Assembly (NCBI GenBank): GCA_013239625.1
Contig: MU055753.1
Location: 3,768,153-3,832,152, forward strand
From: Lama guanicoe
Lineage: Eukaryota
DNA length: 64,000 nucleotides
Direction: 5' to 3'
In this document: positions 1 to 16,823 of the stretch, in pieces
Layout of the letters: each line of letters opens with the position of its first letter
Numbering within the stretch: the first letter of the stretch is position 1
The notes under the pieces: model-generated
Seen by the model: only the letters and a program-made list of their open reading frames with translations
The model's database searches: none
What the model was told of the DNA's origin: nothing
Position numbers and translations under genes: made by a program

Positions 1-282
1 TTGTGGGTAGGGGCGATTCAGCAGTTAATTACTGAGCACCTGGTGTATATGGCACAGGCACCAAACGAAGGGAAAAGAGGAGGCCAGAGAAGGCTCTAAC
101 CTCATAGGAGACCCAGGATAATCAGAAAAGTCCTAAACACCAAATAACCTGAGATCAAAGAATAGGGGAAGAGTGCTCCCAGCAGTGTGGTCGGGGGAGC
201 CTCTTCAAGCACAGACTGGCGGTTACGACCTACGATTCCTAGGCTCAGAGTGGTGCTACTGCCGCCCAAAGCCTGCCCTCAC

Positions 283-387
283 CCTTTTGGGCACGGACAC
301 GTCCACGGCCACAGCCTCCCGCGTGTGCTCCTCGATGACCAGATACATGTAGTTGTCCTCAAGCACAGGGATGACTTTGACCTTCAT
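283..387 (-). CDS. HAGHL: HAGHL (hydroxyacylglutathione hydrolase-like), first coding exon; gene continues off the left edge
   Basis: Reverse strand from ATG at 387 reads MKVKVIPVLEDNYMYLVIEEHTREAVAVDVSVPKR (105 nt), then a GTGAG donor. This is a glyoxalase II-like N-terminus, and the position next to CCDC78 fits synteny. Confidence 0.93.
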
Positions 388-589
388 GGTCGCAGAGCTC
401 AGCCACCTCGCGCCTCCTGAGCCTCTTCCTCAGAATGGGGCTACGCTCTCCAGACCCTAGGGAGGGCTGTGCCCGGGAAGAGTCAGCTCCACATACACGC
501 TGGGGGCTAAAAAAAAAAATAGCCCTGTTCCCTACTCTCGGACTTCCGGGAGGAGTGGTGTGGAATTCCATGCTCCAGCCTTAAATTGA

Positions 590-1250
590 CCTGCCGCTCC
601 CAATCCCTCCTCAAAGTCCCGCCCACATCAGGGCCCGCCCCCCGCCGAGCCACGCCCTCTCCCCGCGCTTGTCCCCAGCCAGGCCGCTGCCCCAGTAGGA
701 CCCGCCTGCTTCCCAGGCCCCGCCCCCTCCCAAGGCGTCCTCCCGCCGCAGCGCGACCCTGGACCAGCTCCTCTCTCGCTCCGCCCCCAATACCCCGATC
801 CCTTCAGGCCCCATCTCTCCCAGGGCCCCTCCCGAGGCAGTGCGACCCCGGTCCCTGCCCGCGTCCTTCCCTGGCCGCCCACTCACCCCCACCGGCTACG
901 CCAGCCTGTCGCGCGGACTGTCTGAAGGACAGCCTGACATAGGCGGGCCTTGGACGCCGGTCACGGGACCTGGACGGAGTGCGCCGCTCTGCGCGGCCGC
1001 CCCCAACGGCCTGCTCCCCCGAGGCGCCCTCCTGCGGGGCCGGCCTGGAGCCCGCGCGCGTCGGGACCCCGAGCGCGGTTCAGGGAATGCGCGTGCGCGA
1101 GAGGGAGTGCACGCGTGCTCAAAGGGACTGCGCGCACGTCCGGCGCTACGGCGCCTCCTCCGCGAAGCCCTTCTGGCAACCGACTGAACCCGTTCTATCG
1201 AATCACCGGGCCCCACGTTGGGACGTCTGCGCCTATTTCCGTCAGGCTAG
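590..1250. promoter_or_regulatory. CpG island, divergent HAGHL/CCDC78 promoter region
   Basis: Dense CpG, GC boxes (CCCGCCC) and an NRF1-like TGCGCGTGCGCG near 1088, lying between two head-to-head genes. Confidence 0.75.
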
Positions 1251-1726
1251 GGGTGCAGGGATATGTCCACTTTGCTCGCCTGCCTGTCCCAGCGCTCAGC
1301 CAGCACCGGAAGGGGCCTAGTTAGTGTATGAACGTACATCGTAGGGCAAGGCGCCCTGCTTGAGAACATAAACAGCAGCGACAGCTCCATTCCAATGTGC
1401 GCTGTTCCACAACTCCCCATGCTGAGCGCTGCTATGCGCTCTGCGCTCTTGGCTCTGTGTGCTCCCCGGATGAAGACGGGTGCTGGTCTGCGTTTCCTCG
1501 TTGAGGAAAAGGAAGCCAGAAAGAAAGGGTGGCCAAATATGGAAAAAGCTGACAGTTTGCACCCACCTCTTCAACCACTGAATTGTCCTGCCTGCCCTGG
1601 CGGGCGGGGCCCCGGTAGTCTCCTGGGAACAACAAAAGCCTTGGCAACACAAGCCACCGTGTTGCAGCAACACACCAGTAGGCGAAGTGGCAGTAGGCTT
1701 GGGGCTGGTGGTTGTCCCTTTTGCCT

Positions 1727-5443
<3,717 letters not shown>

Positions 5444-5568
5444 ACTGTTCATCAGATAAACTTCGAGAACTCTCCATGGCCAGCATGAAGCCGTCCCCAC
5501 GGCCCCGCCCTGGGAGATCACTCCACCCAAAAAGAATCAGAGTGGAACCAAATCTTTATTGTGTCCAG

Positions 5569-6887
5569 TCAGCCAGACTGAGAGTTGGGGGACCCAGGTA
5601 CTGAAGCAGAAGTGGGTGCTGGTGCAACTTGCCCAGCTAGCCCACCCCTATGGACATCATAGGCCCAGACACGGTCCAGGCCTTCACCCACCACAGCCAC
5701 CGGCTGCCAGGTGGGGAGGGGGAAGCGCCCTGACACCACACGGGCTCCTGCAGGCAGCTCCGCCTGCAGCTTGTCCTCCAGCAGTGGGAGCTGTGGGAGA
5801 GAGCAGGAGGGTGGGGTGGGCCAGGTGGAACACAGCTGCCCCTAGCCGGCACCTACACTGGGGATGGCCTAAGTCTCCATGGGGCTGGCACACCCCAGAC
5901 CTACCACGCTAGGAGCCAGGAACACAGACACGTTGTGGCAGTCTCTCAGGCTCACCTGTAGGAAGAGGAGGTCACCCCAGCAGAGAATAGGGCCCCACCA
6001 GAGGAAGAGAACTGGTGGGTATGGGGTCACTGCAACTTCCAAGTCCCAGCTCCAGCCTGCTCAGGCAGAAGCACCTGGGGCTGTCAGCAGGGCAGCCAAG
6101 CCAGAACTGAAAGAATGGAGATCAGGGCTGGGGTCTGAGGGGATCTAGGACTCCCCGGGTTACCTTCCAGAGATTTTCACGGCGGTAGCAGACACTGCCT
6201 GCACAGCCTGCCCTCCAGGCATGCAGCCATGCCAGCCCCACCAGCCACGGGTTCAGCTCGTAGCCCACAGCTGGGCGGAGACCACACTTGTGGGCAGCCA
6301 GCACCTGAGGGCACAGATAGCGTCAGGCCAAGAGATGGGGAGGTATACCCATGGGAGGGGGCAGCAAGGACCTCCCCCTAACACACAAAGTCCTTACAAT
6401 TCTGCCATCACCAGAACCCAGGTCTACCATCTTTCCAGGACGGCCTCGCAGCAGCGACAACACGTGCTCCACCTGCCGGGCACTCGCACCGACATAGGGC
6501 ACCTGGGCAAGGAGGCGAGCAAGACTGTGAGGGAGAAGTGAGGCGCCGCCTCCTAGGCTTCCTTTCTTAGAGCGCGCTGTCCGGCCCAACCCACAACCCG
6601 GCTGGCCCTTGGGCAGCAGCACCCTCCCCTCACACCCAGGCTCAGTATCTCAATCCAGACCACCCCCACCCCGGTCCGTCACGCCCCTATGTCCCCAACA
6701 CACCGGCCCGAGCTCAGCACCACACCTGCAGCCGTAGCGGCACGCGGCGGAAGCCCGGCTGCAGCAGCAGCGCCCACACGGCGTAGGCGGCCAGGCCTGA
6801 GCCCGCCGCCACCTGCAGCAGCGCCAACGCGCCCAGCGGCCGCTCGCGTAGCTCCGTCAGCTCTTCAGCCGGGTCATCCTGCTCCAT
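5569..6887 (-). CDS. ANTKMT: ANTKMT/FAM173A mitochondrial lysine methyltransferase, 5 exons, 226 aa
   Basis: Exons 6887-6726, 6502-6398, 6304-6164, 5955-5905, 5790-5569, all phase 0. Peptides MEQDDPAEE...[21 protein letters not shown] motif [33 protein letters not shown]. Minus-strand AATAAA at 5555-5560. Confidence 0.95.
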
Positions 6888-7330
6888 GCCTGCGGCAGCG
6901 GCTCGGGGTCGTCACGCCCCAAGGCCCCTCCCCACCTCAGGTCCGAGACCCTCACACCCCGGCCGGGAGCTGGAGGGGTAAGCCCTTTTTATAGCCGGAA
7001 GCCTTTCCTCTCCCGCCCTACGCCTACTGGGCCCCCGGCGCCGACGCCGGAAGAGGCGGGGCAGAGGCCGTGGCGAGACGCCGGAAGCGGCTGGTAGAGG
7101 CTGCGCTGCCGGTCCGTTCACCTTACTCTCCGCGCGAGTCCAGGGACCCTCCAGCGGGTTCCCGGCCTTGGAGCCTTGGGGTCCAGGGCGACCCTTGCGG
7201 GTTCTGGCCGTACTGCTTCCTGGCCGAAGCCCTCGGCAGTCAGCCGCGTTGGCCCACTCCTCAGACGGCTGCTATGGGCCTGTCCCGGGCGCTGCGGACC
7301 CCTGAGGCCGCACATCCCAGCGCGGGGATA
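6690..7330. promoter_or_regulatory. ANTKMT CpG-island promoter with three ETS (CCGGAAG) motifs
   Basis: CpG-rich; CCGGAAG at about 6995, 7047 and 7081, upstream of the minus-strand ATG. Confidence 0.7.
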
Positions 7331-10300
7331 CGATCAAGAGAAGCGGTGCTGTGGCTCCTGCTGACTGGCCGTGAAGGGGCCAGTGCAGTGTGGCTGGAGC
7401 CCTGGGGCAGCGGTCAGCCAGTGGGGAACGGCTCACCGGCTTAGAGGGGCGTCTCCGCCGACCTGCACATCCAGATAACCCGCCAAGCACAGGAGCAGTC
7501 GCGGGGAGGACATAGGGGCCCCTCCCACAGCTGAAGGCAACTAGCCCGAGTGCGCAGGAAACAGGATGCGCTGGGGTCCGCGGGGGCGGTGGAAGTTGGA
7601 GCTCGGCTGAGGGGCAGGGCCGAGGGGGCTTACAAGGAGAAATTTAGCACAACCGAGCGGACAGATGTTGGCTCTCTCCGAGCATAGTGGGAGGGGAGCC
7701 GGATGTGAGGGGCGGGGCCCTCTGGTAGCTGACCCAGCCCGGCGGCTGGGAGGAAGAGACCACCTTCCTTCTCCAGAAAAGGTCACTCACAGAAAAGACT
7801 TGAGTTCCTGGAGGTGACCTGGCAGAGCCTGGGAAAGGGAGAGGCAAGTGCGGGGACAGAGCCAGGACCTCCTCCTCAGCAGACTCTGAAGACAAACATC
7901 CAAGAGTGACAGAGGCTTGTCTGCACACAGGCCCTGGCCGGACTTCTCCGCCATTCCCCACACTGGTCAGGAGCCCCAAGGTTGACAGAGGTGCTTCAGA
8001 CAATGTGGGCACGCCAGAGCCCACTGCCCCCACGCTTCAAGTACAGGCCGCCTCACTCGCCTACCTGCCCTTGGCCCCAGCTACCACCAGCCCTGAAGGA
8101 CAGGTGCCCCTGTTGCAGGAAACCCAGGTGCCCTGCTCCCAAGATCCGAGCACTGGAGAGGAGGGCGGCTGACCCACCGCACAGAGATCAGAACATCCTG
8201 TCTCCTTCCCGGCTATCACTGGGCCCTCCCTAGAAAGGAAGGACATGCACTGGGCTCTAGGCTGGTGGAGTGCTTACACAGCCATCTCACCCTTGTCTCT
8301 TTTCTTCCTTGCATTATTCCTGGTGTCTATACAAACCCCTGGCATCTGGCAGACAGTCAATAAAGGCTGGTTGACTAGATGAAGACACCTAGCCAGACTT
8401 CCCAGTGTGTATACCCACAAGTACCTCACCAGCATGTCTGCTCCTCGCCTTTGGACACTGGGCACTCGGGTGCACCTGTGTGAGTGCACACACCAAGAGA
8501 AGCCATGCAGGTGCCCCACAGGCACCTGTTCCCATAGTCTCGGCCTGCATGCCCACGTTTTCACCTTGGCCACTCCCCAGCGCTGGCATGAAGCCCTCAC
8601 CCAAGCCTTCCAGGTTCCTCCTAGGAACACCCTTGTGCTCCCTTGGCCTTGCTGGCAGCACCCACTTCGGCTTCCTGCTCCTTACGAGAAAAGCCAGTAC
8701 TTTTCTCTGGAGGAAGGTGTGTGAGTAGGAGGCACTTCCTGGGGCAGGTGGGTAGAGGCCAGTGTCCAGCCTAGGGCCCACTCCAGAGCAGCTACTCCAC
8801 GTTTTTGTGGACAGATGGTCCCACAGGCAAGCCACGGCGACCACCAAGTGTGGCCATAGGCCTCTGTCCAAACCAGAGGCTGTGGGAAGCTGGCCAGACA
8901 ATCAGGGCAGGAGTCAAGGGTGAGGTGCAAAAGCCTCCTAAGACAGAGAGGAGGAGGGGGATGGGAGAGTACACCCACCTCCTCCCCCTCTGGCCTTTAC
9001 TGAGATACTCCCTGGTGGGGGGAGAGGGAAGAACAGGGATACAAAGGTCTGCTGTCCAGGAGAGAGGTCCAGGCTGGAGATCCACATGTGGGGTCATCAG
9101 CATATTGATGGTATTTACAGCCAGGAGGCTGGTACAGCTCTCCAAGGAGGGAATGTAGGAATGTCAACAGAAAGGTCTAGTGCTTGAGCCCTGAGCAAGC
9201 CATGGATGGGAGTTTGGGGAGGTGAGAGGGCACAGCAAGAAGCCTCAGGAGTGGTGGGAGGTGGGAGGAAACCAGGGAAGCCTGCTGTCCAGTGTGACTA
9301 TGCTCCCACCCACAATTCTCACCAGTCCTCACAGCAAGCAGCTAGTCCAAGTGAAAGGCCATGCCCCACGAATGCCGCTTCAGATAGCCAGCCCCACGGA
9401 AACTCCAGGCAGCCACTGGAGTAACACTGAGTGTCCTCACAGGGTGTGGCAACACGAAGTACCTACATCAGCCAAATCTGGCAGAAGCAGCCCTGCCTGG
9501 GGGCTGTGCACAGCCATGTTCCTCTCCCAGCCTCAGTTCCTGCCTGAAAGATGACAGACGCTTCCCCAGTGAAGGCCACCAGGTAGAGATGGAAAGTGGT
9601 TTCTGGGGCACTTCACAGGTGCCCCCCAAGACTTGAGCTGTGGCCCTCCTTCCCAGGAGCTGTGGGACTGGGACAGCAGAGTCCACTCATTTCGGGTTCA
9701 GTAGTCCCACATGCGCCCCCATCCTGGGGCCTTTCAGCCTTAGAGTTGTTGGCTTTGTCCAGAACAGGCTGGCCCTTTATGTGGCTGAGGCTGAGGAGAA
9801 AGGCAGAGGTAGCAACAATGGGACCAGTGGCGGGAAACGGTCCTTAGAGACCCCATTGTGGGCCCCGCCCGCCGGAAATGGGCAACAAACAGGACCCCGC
9901 AGGGGAGACCCTACCGCCGTTGGGATGCTCCGCACGTATCAAGGGCCTCAGGACAGAGGGGTCCATTCTTCCTGGAGGGCAGGATGGGGCCAGGATGACT
10001 CTGCCAGGCTTGCAGCGGACCATGCAGGGAAGTCGGCTGCCCGTCAGTTTGCAACCCCTTCCCTTGCAGGTTGAGAGTGGTGTCGCCTGCCTGCCCCTAC
10101 AAGGGACCCCAGCCACCTCAGACCTGGGGAATTATGGCCACTTCTCCACTCCTGCTCTGAGCCGCGGAAGCACTGGCACTGGGGGCAGGAGCAGCAGAGC
10201 CGAGGTTCACGTGAGTCACACCTCCCACCCAGCAGAAGCCCCTTGCCAGGTTGGGGAATAGGTGGCCTCAGACACAGCACCACTGCCCTCAAGCCTCAGT

Positions 10301-10536
10301 CTCTGGCTCTGTGGAGCAGGAATCGCGCAGTCCCCAGGGCTATGGGAGGATAAAATGCAGTGAGGCAGGCCCGGGGCTGGGCTCAGGCACCAGCACTCGA
10401 TATCCATTGGTGAATGTAGTCAGTGTTCTTATTGGTTATTGCTGTTACAGCAGAAGCAGTGGGTACCGTGATGCCATCTGGAGGCATCCCTCCACCCTCC
10501 TCCCAGCCCCTTCCCAGCGTCCTGCTCCCAGGCCCC

Positions 10537-12714
10537 TCAGTCCAGCACCACCTCACAGGGGTGGAGGTGGTTGGTGTGGGCAGCTGCATAGACACGGCTG
10601 AATTCCCGGAAGCGGGGGGCGCAGCCCAGCCAGGCCTCACCAAAGTGGCTCCAGCCCATGAAGAGGAAGGTGCCAGGGCCAGGGCGGACACCACAGCGCA
10701 GTGGGGTGCGAATGGAGGCCTGCACCTGGGCCCCAGGGCCCCCTACCCGGAATAGCGGCAGCGTCTGGCGGAGGACACGGACAGCCACCACGGTGATAAT
10801 GGACTCCTGCAGCTCTGTGTCGTGGGTGACCCCATGGATGGTTCCGAGGATCACTGTGGGGACACATGTTGGCCAGTGGCATGCAGGGGAAGGCAGGCCC
10901 CAGGCTCTCCCCACAGCAGGGGCACTCACCAAAGTCACTGGTGCATGCAGCCAGAAGGAACTCAGCATCACTGCAGGGTCTGCAGGCACCTGGCATGCAG
11001 GGGAGGTCTTGAGTGGAGGCCCTGCCTTCTCCTGGACCATCCAAGGCCTCCCCCAGCTGGACACAGGAGGGAGAGGGCAAGCTACCAGACCCCTGTCAGG
11101 GCCTGATGGCAACTGGAGATCCCAGAGAGCATGTGTGCACACCCTGAAGACACCTAGTACCCAAGGTGACACCACAGGCCTGTGCCTGCCTGAAACATGC
11201 ACACACAGACATGGGCCTGGGTGCTGTGCCCAGCATGCCAGCACAAAGCCCCCTGACCTGGAGCTCAAGTGTCTGGGTGCAAGCATCTCACATGTAGGCA
11301 CCAGCAGGCGATAACCCCTTAGTCTCCCAGGGCTGCCTCCTGGGGCCCAAGGACACCAGCCCAGCCCAGTGGCAGGAGATTATGGTGGGCTCTGAGGTCA
11401 GGGGGCAGAACAGAGAGACCCCCATCCCCTGTGAGGTCAGGCTCCAAGCTCCAGGAGAGCAAAGAGCTGGACCTGGTGCCCTGCCAGGAGGCGGGGCTTC
11501 ATCTCCATGGTGACTGGGCTCACACTGGACTTCTGTTGTTTTGGGCTGGGGGAGGGGAGGGAGGTCACCGCTGGGCCAGGGAGCCCGGGACATCTTTGGC
11601 CGGAGGCTTTGATTCTGTCCCCCATCATCCCCTCCCCCGAACTCCTCAGGGACCAGTGGCCTGGGTAGCCCTGCCTGGCTTCCCCTTCCAGGATTCTGCC
11701 CCCTACCAGCTCTCTCCCTAAGCAGCAGGCTGAGGGATCACCCCTTCCTCATTTCCTCCCTCTCACCTGCCCTGGCACTGCTTCTCACTAGCTGAGTGCC
11801 TTTGATAGGCTGCTTCACTCTGGGGTCTCAGTTTCTCCCTCTGTGCAATGGGGAAGAAGGACACGTTCTCACTCCACCCGGCCATGGTGCGACTCCATGA
11901 CTCCTACCGGTCTCCAACTCGGACTGGCACTCACCATCTGCACCAAGGCCCTGAGCCTGCGGAGGCAGTTCTGGACGCCCGTCCTCCCGCAGTTCGAAGC
12001 GGAAGGAAGCCACGCGGCGGCTGATATCGGGATGTGGAGTGGCCTGGAGGAAGAGGGCCCGGTGCTCGCGAGGACCCCAGCGCACGCATCGGCCCCTGGC
12101 AGGGCCTCGGCCCTCGGCCAGGAGCAGCTCCAGAGTGCCTCCCGCCCTCTCCGCGAAGACTTGGGCTCCTGCGAAGGGCCGCGCCGGCCGCAGACAGGCG
12201 ATGCTCGGCCGCCCGCCGGGGTCGGAGCCGCCTAGGGTGAGGCGCAGCGCCCCGGCGGGGTACAGCCACTCGACCCCGCCCTCCGCACAGGCCAGGGCCA
12301 GCTGTCCCACGCTGCCGGGCTCCTGGGTCAGGCCGCTGCGGACAGGACGGGCGGTGATGAGGAGGGCGGTTGACGTCCCCACCCAGCCAGCCTGCTCCCC
12401 ATGCACCCTCTCACTGCAGCTACCAACAGCTGCGTCCACTTTATGGAAGAAGAAACTGAGGCCCAGCGTTCCGGGACTCAGAGGGAGAGAGCAAGGATTC
12501 GGTGCGGTGCCGGGTCGGAGTGTTCTATCCAAAACAGCGGATGACACGGCTCCTTCCTAATGGGTGCGCACCGCCCCAGAGGGTTAGTCCGCGAGGGCTT
12601 CCAGTGAGGCTCGTACCTGCCCCTCCAGCTGCAGCGGTCCTCCGAGTAGCCGGCGCGGGCGGCGACGGCCAAGAGGCCGCAGCAAAGCGCGTAGAGCAGC
12701 GCAGGGGGCGGCAT
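10537..12714 (-). CDS. METRN: METRN (meteorin, secreted neurotrophic/glial differentiation factor), 4 exons
   Basis: Exons 12714-12617, 12335-11935, 10989-10930, 10853-10537. Signal peptide MPPPALLYALCCGLLAVAARA, then GYSEDRCSWRGSGLTQEPGS, EGGVEWLYPAGALR, ACRPCSDAEFLLAACTSDF, GCAPRFREF...HPCEVVLD*. Confidence 0.96.
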
Positions 12715-12980
12715 GGCGCGCGGGGACGCGCGGGGGCGCGGTGGGGAGCAGCTGGGGCGCGGGCCCCGGCCCCGCACAGGCCCCACCGCCTGCGCCGGCC
12801 GGCCGCGCACCCCGCGAGGCGCCTGGGAGCTTCCAGGGAGCGGGGGGGCGGGCCAGGCGGCCAATCGCACAGCGGCCCCCGAACTTTCCGCCAATCACAG
12901 CGGCGCTCTCAGGAGCGGGAGGACCAGCCTGCAGTCCAGGAAGCACCGGGGAGGGGGCTCCGCGGCTGGACACGCTCCGT
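12600..12980. promoter_or_regulatory. METRN CpG-island promoter with paired CCAAT boxes
   Basis: CCAAT at 12861 and 12891 (30 bp apart, NF-Y-like spacing) inside a CpG island just upstream of the METRN ATG. Confidence 0.65.
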
Positions 12981-13897
12981 GTCGCCTCCTCGAAGTCCCC
13001 TCACCTCCAGCCTCGCCTTGTATGCCATCTTGGGTCCTGGTTGGGCCACCGTCCTTCAAGCCCTTGGCCGGGGTGGGGGTGGTGCCCACGGAACCTCTAG
13101 AGGAGGGGGATTCATCTCCGGTGTCTTTTCCCAAGAGTAGGACCTGGGCTTCCATCCCCCATCTGGCCCCAATCTAATCCTGGTGACTCGCCACACGCGG
13201 CGGGCAGGGGGTGGGGGTGACTGAAACCAGGGATGAGGGGCCAGGGCGCTGGGGCTGCAGGCACTGTGGAAAAGCAGGAGCAAGGACAGCCCTGAGCCCC
13301 AGAATTAGGCCCCCAATAGATCGAGACAAGCTGAAATGGGGCCTACTCTCATAAAGGATTCCCCCTACACCTAGGGTCATTGTGGAGGCCAGGGAGGTGG
13401 GGAGTGGCTGGCCAGGTGGAGAGTGGAGGGAATTCCAGGCAGAGGGGAGGAGCAGATAGACAGCCTTGGCAAAGCTGTGAACCCAGTAGATGGGCTCCCA
13501 ACAGCCTGTGACACCCTGGGGTCAGATTATAGAGGCCTTAGGCACAAACCCAAGACTCCAACCGGGCACTGGAACCCTTGGGAGTCAGTGAGAGCTTTGG
13601 CTGGCATCTGCGGGGACCAGCATAAGACTCTCTGCTGTCTGTGGGTGTGAAGTCTTTATCTCACTGTCTCCCCAACCCCAGCCTTCCTGCTACCAAGGAC
13701 CAGAAGTGCATACAGACAGATAAGGGCAAATGGCACTAAGGGTAAGTAAGGCATTGGAGGCACTGCCAAACTGAGTGTACCACATCCCCCTCCCCTGGCC
13801 CCAGGGCCCTTCCAGGTCAAAGAGGGGCAAGGTACCTGCAGGGCTCAGCTGGCTCCTGGCCCTGGGCAACATGGGGTGAGAACCCTCAAAGGAGGAC

Positions 13898-14195
13898 ACA
13901 ACCCAAGTGTCCATTGATGGATGATGCTAAACAAAATGGGGTCCATCCACACAGTGGAATATAATTCAGCCTTAAAAGGGAAATTCTGACACATTACCAT
14001 ATGGAAGAACCTAGAAGACATTGGTTTCAGTGAAATAAGCCAGTCACAAAAGGACCTAAAATAGCCAAATTCATAGGGAAAAAGTAGAATGGAGGGTGCC
14101 AGGGGCAGGGGAATGTGAATGGAGTCAACGCTCCTGTGTACTTAAAAATGGTTAAGATAAGTCTTATGTATATATTCCCCAATTAAAAATAAAAA
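13898..14195 (+). mobile_element. Old LINE-1 (L1M-type) 3' fragment
   Basis: AT-rich island with L1 3'-end hallmarks (aacccaagtgtccattgatggatg, tggaatataattcagccttaaaagg, agtgaaataagccagtcacaaaagga, cttaaaaatggttaa) and an A-rich tail. Confidence 0.85.
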
Positions 14196-15909
14196 GGGGT
14201 ACACAGGCCCTGGCGCTGGGCACAGAGAAGGCAGAAGAGGCTCAGTAGAAGGAAGGGAGGGGGGAACCCCAGTCAGCTGTCCCAGCAGAGACTAGGGGCG
14301 GGGGTTCCACTTCTGGAGTCACTAGGATGTTACTGCCCATGCCCCAGTCTCTGAGGCTGACAGTGGGCTCCTGGCGCCCTCTTGTGGCAGTATGAGGAGT
14401 CAGCCCTGGGCCCCTGGCTCACCCACCCTCACCCTCCACCTCCCAACTCTGGGCAGAGAATGGGCCTGTGTAGGTTGGTGCCAGGGAGCGGCTCCTTGAG
14501 GGTAACCTGGTCCAGAATGGGCACATGCCTGGCCCTGAGCTGGCCCTTTGACACCAGGTTTCCCCTGCCTCCTGCCCCAGATGCTTCTTCAAGGGGACTG
14601 GTGAGGCTATCACTCACAGACAAGGGCTGTCTCTCACAGCTCCTGGCCCCACCAGGGAAGCACCAAGTGTTGTTGGCCATCAGAGGTCTGTTGCCCAAAG
14701 GACAGGGAGCCTAGAAGACCATACCTGGCTTCAATTGCTGTGGGTGCAAGAGCAGACATACAGCAGGTGCTCAGTAAACACCTGGAGAGTGAGTGCTTGG
14801 ATAGACAACTGACATCCAAAACCTCAGGTAACCCCTCCTGATGTCTGTGCTCAGTTTAGAGGCTCCTTCAAAGTCCCCCACCTCCAGATCCTTCAGTGCC
14901 CTGACCCTCCAAATGGGCCTCACTCAAAATCTAGGTCCTGGCCTGGCAGGGGGCTGGAGGAGATGCTGGGACAAGGAGCTGTCCAAGGTGAGCCCTTCCC
15001 TGAACAGTGCCTGGGATAGGGGAGGCAACCCCACAGGGTGAAGGGCACAGGCAGGAGCACTCGTGACCAAGATAGGGGCTGGGCTGGTCCAGGGCCTGTG
15101 GGAATAACACAAAAGCCAAGCAGAGTCAATGGCGGGCAGGTTGGGAGGAAGAGTGCCCAAGGCCTGGATGGAGCTTAGGGCAAAACAGGGACTGGAAAGG
15201 TGGCCAGTGGGAGGTGGGCAGGGACAGCCCCAGGCCCAGCAGCCACCAAGGAGTTTGAACTTGGCTTCAAAGGGACAGCAAACAGAGCCCTTAAGGAAAT
15301 GGTGAGAAAGCCCAGAGAGAGGTCACGTTCTCTTAATTGCCCAAGACTGCCCACTTGGGCTCCCATTTCAGGAAAAGCAGGGTAGAAGGAGAGATGTGTC
15401 CCCAGCAGAGCCTGTGGCCACTGAGACCCCTGCAGCTAGGATCTCCTGAATATGCTGCTTCAGCTGCCCAGGGCAGGGTGCTGCACCCCTGGGAGAAGCT
15501 GGGGGCAGGAGACAATGAGGACATTTCCCGTAACTGAGAGCCAAGGGGTGCCAGAAAGCAGCTAGAACCTGGACCACCCAGTGACACAATCCAATGGTGT
15601 CAACCATGAATACTGGCCTGGATTGCTCCTGACCAGCCTGACCTAGGGAACTCCAGGGTGCTGGAGAGACCAGTCCTCCTAGAGACCCCATCAGGGAGTC
15701 ATATCTGCCAACTCTGCAACCTTTGGTTCCCTTTCACCTGCACAACCCCCACCCTCCACCCCCAAGTGGAATCACCTCGCCTACCCATGAGCCTGTACCT
15801 TGGGACACGTGGCAAATTTCCTCCCTTTGAGGAGAAATCCACCCACTACATACACCTTGCATCTTCTCCAGGATCCAAAAATGCAGCTGCAGATTGATTT
15901 GCAGCCGAA

Positions 15910-16019
15910 CTAAAAATAACTGCCAGGCTCCAGCCAGGGCCCGGGAAAATATCCCATTGCTAGGAGACAGCCGTTACTGGGAGACCGCCATTGCTAGGCA
16001 ACAGGGTTGCCATGGTGAC
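15910..16019. promoter_or_regulatory. Candidate enhancer: MEF2 site plus four tandem RFX X-box-like motifs
   Basis: CTAAAAATAA at 15910-15919 matches YTA(W)4TAR. It is followed by CATTGCTAGGAGAC, CGTTACTGGGAGAC, CATTGCTAGGCAAC and GTTGCCATGGTGAC between 15955 and 16019. Confidence 0.6.
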
Positions 16020-16823
16020 AGCTGGGCCCTGAGTCATCCTCAGCTCTGGCCGCTCCGCCCCCCTGCCCCTGGTGAGCCAGGCCTGGGTCCTAGGAGGAGG
16101 GAAGGCAGGGAAACAGAAGCTGGAAAGAGCAGAGAGGCCGGCTGCCTGCTGCCCGCCACCCATTGCTGCCACAGCTGCCCCAGGCTGTGAGGTTCTCACT
16201 GTCGTAGGTGCCCATTCTGGCTGCAGAGTGGCCAGGACAGACAAACACACCTGCCCACCCTATATGTTTCCCTCCCCAGGCACTCTTGGCACCCCTGTCT
16301 CTGTGTGGGGAGCAGAGGCAGTGAGGAGCAGTGTCCATCCGGCCCATGGCTCTAGAGCAGGAAGCTTCAGAGCCAGCCTGATCACTCTGGAGCATGGGGT
16401 TCTCACCACCTGTGCTGCACTAGGATCTTCAGGGCATCCTCTTGGACCCCCAACTCATTTTCCAGGAGGAGAACTACCTGTCTGAGGCCTCATCCAGGGA
16501 GGGAGGATTTGGGACCCATGCCTGTGGTTCCAGGGCACACGTTCCACTCCAGAGCCCCCCAAGGAAAGGCCTGAGGACCTCCTGCAAGGAGCCTCAAGGA
16601 GTTTCAGAACCACTGCCCCAGACCTCAAGAGCCACCAGTGGGGAACTCTGTGGTAAGTAGCCAATTCCCTGATGTGACAGTGGCTCCCTCTCTCAGAGCC
16701 CTCCAAGGTCTCAGGATGGGACATGCCAACAGCCTTTGGTCCTCACCCCTTCATGACTCCAGAGCTGGAAACCCCCAGCCACCTGGACTGAAGAGACTCT
16801 TCGGTGTCTAGGCATCAAGATAA

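Noticed and set aside
7330-10400. A possible extra gene between ANTKMT and METRN
   Set aside because: I found no phase-consistent exon chain or recognisable peptide; the AATAAA near 8359 looks like part of an L2 3' remnant.
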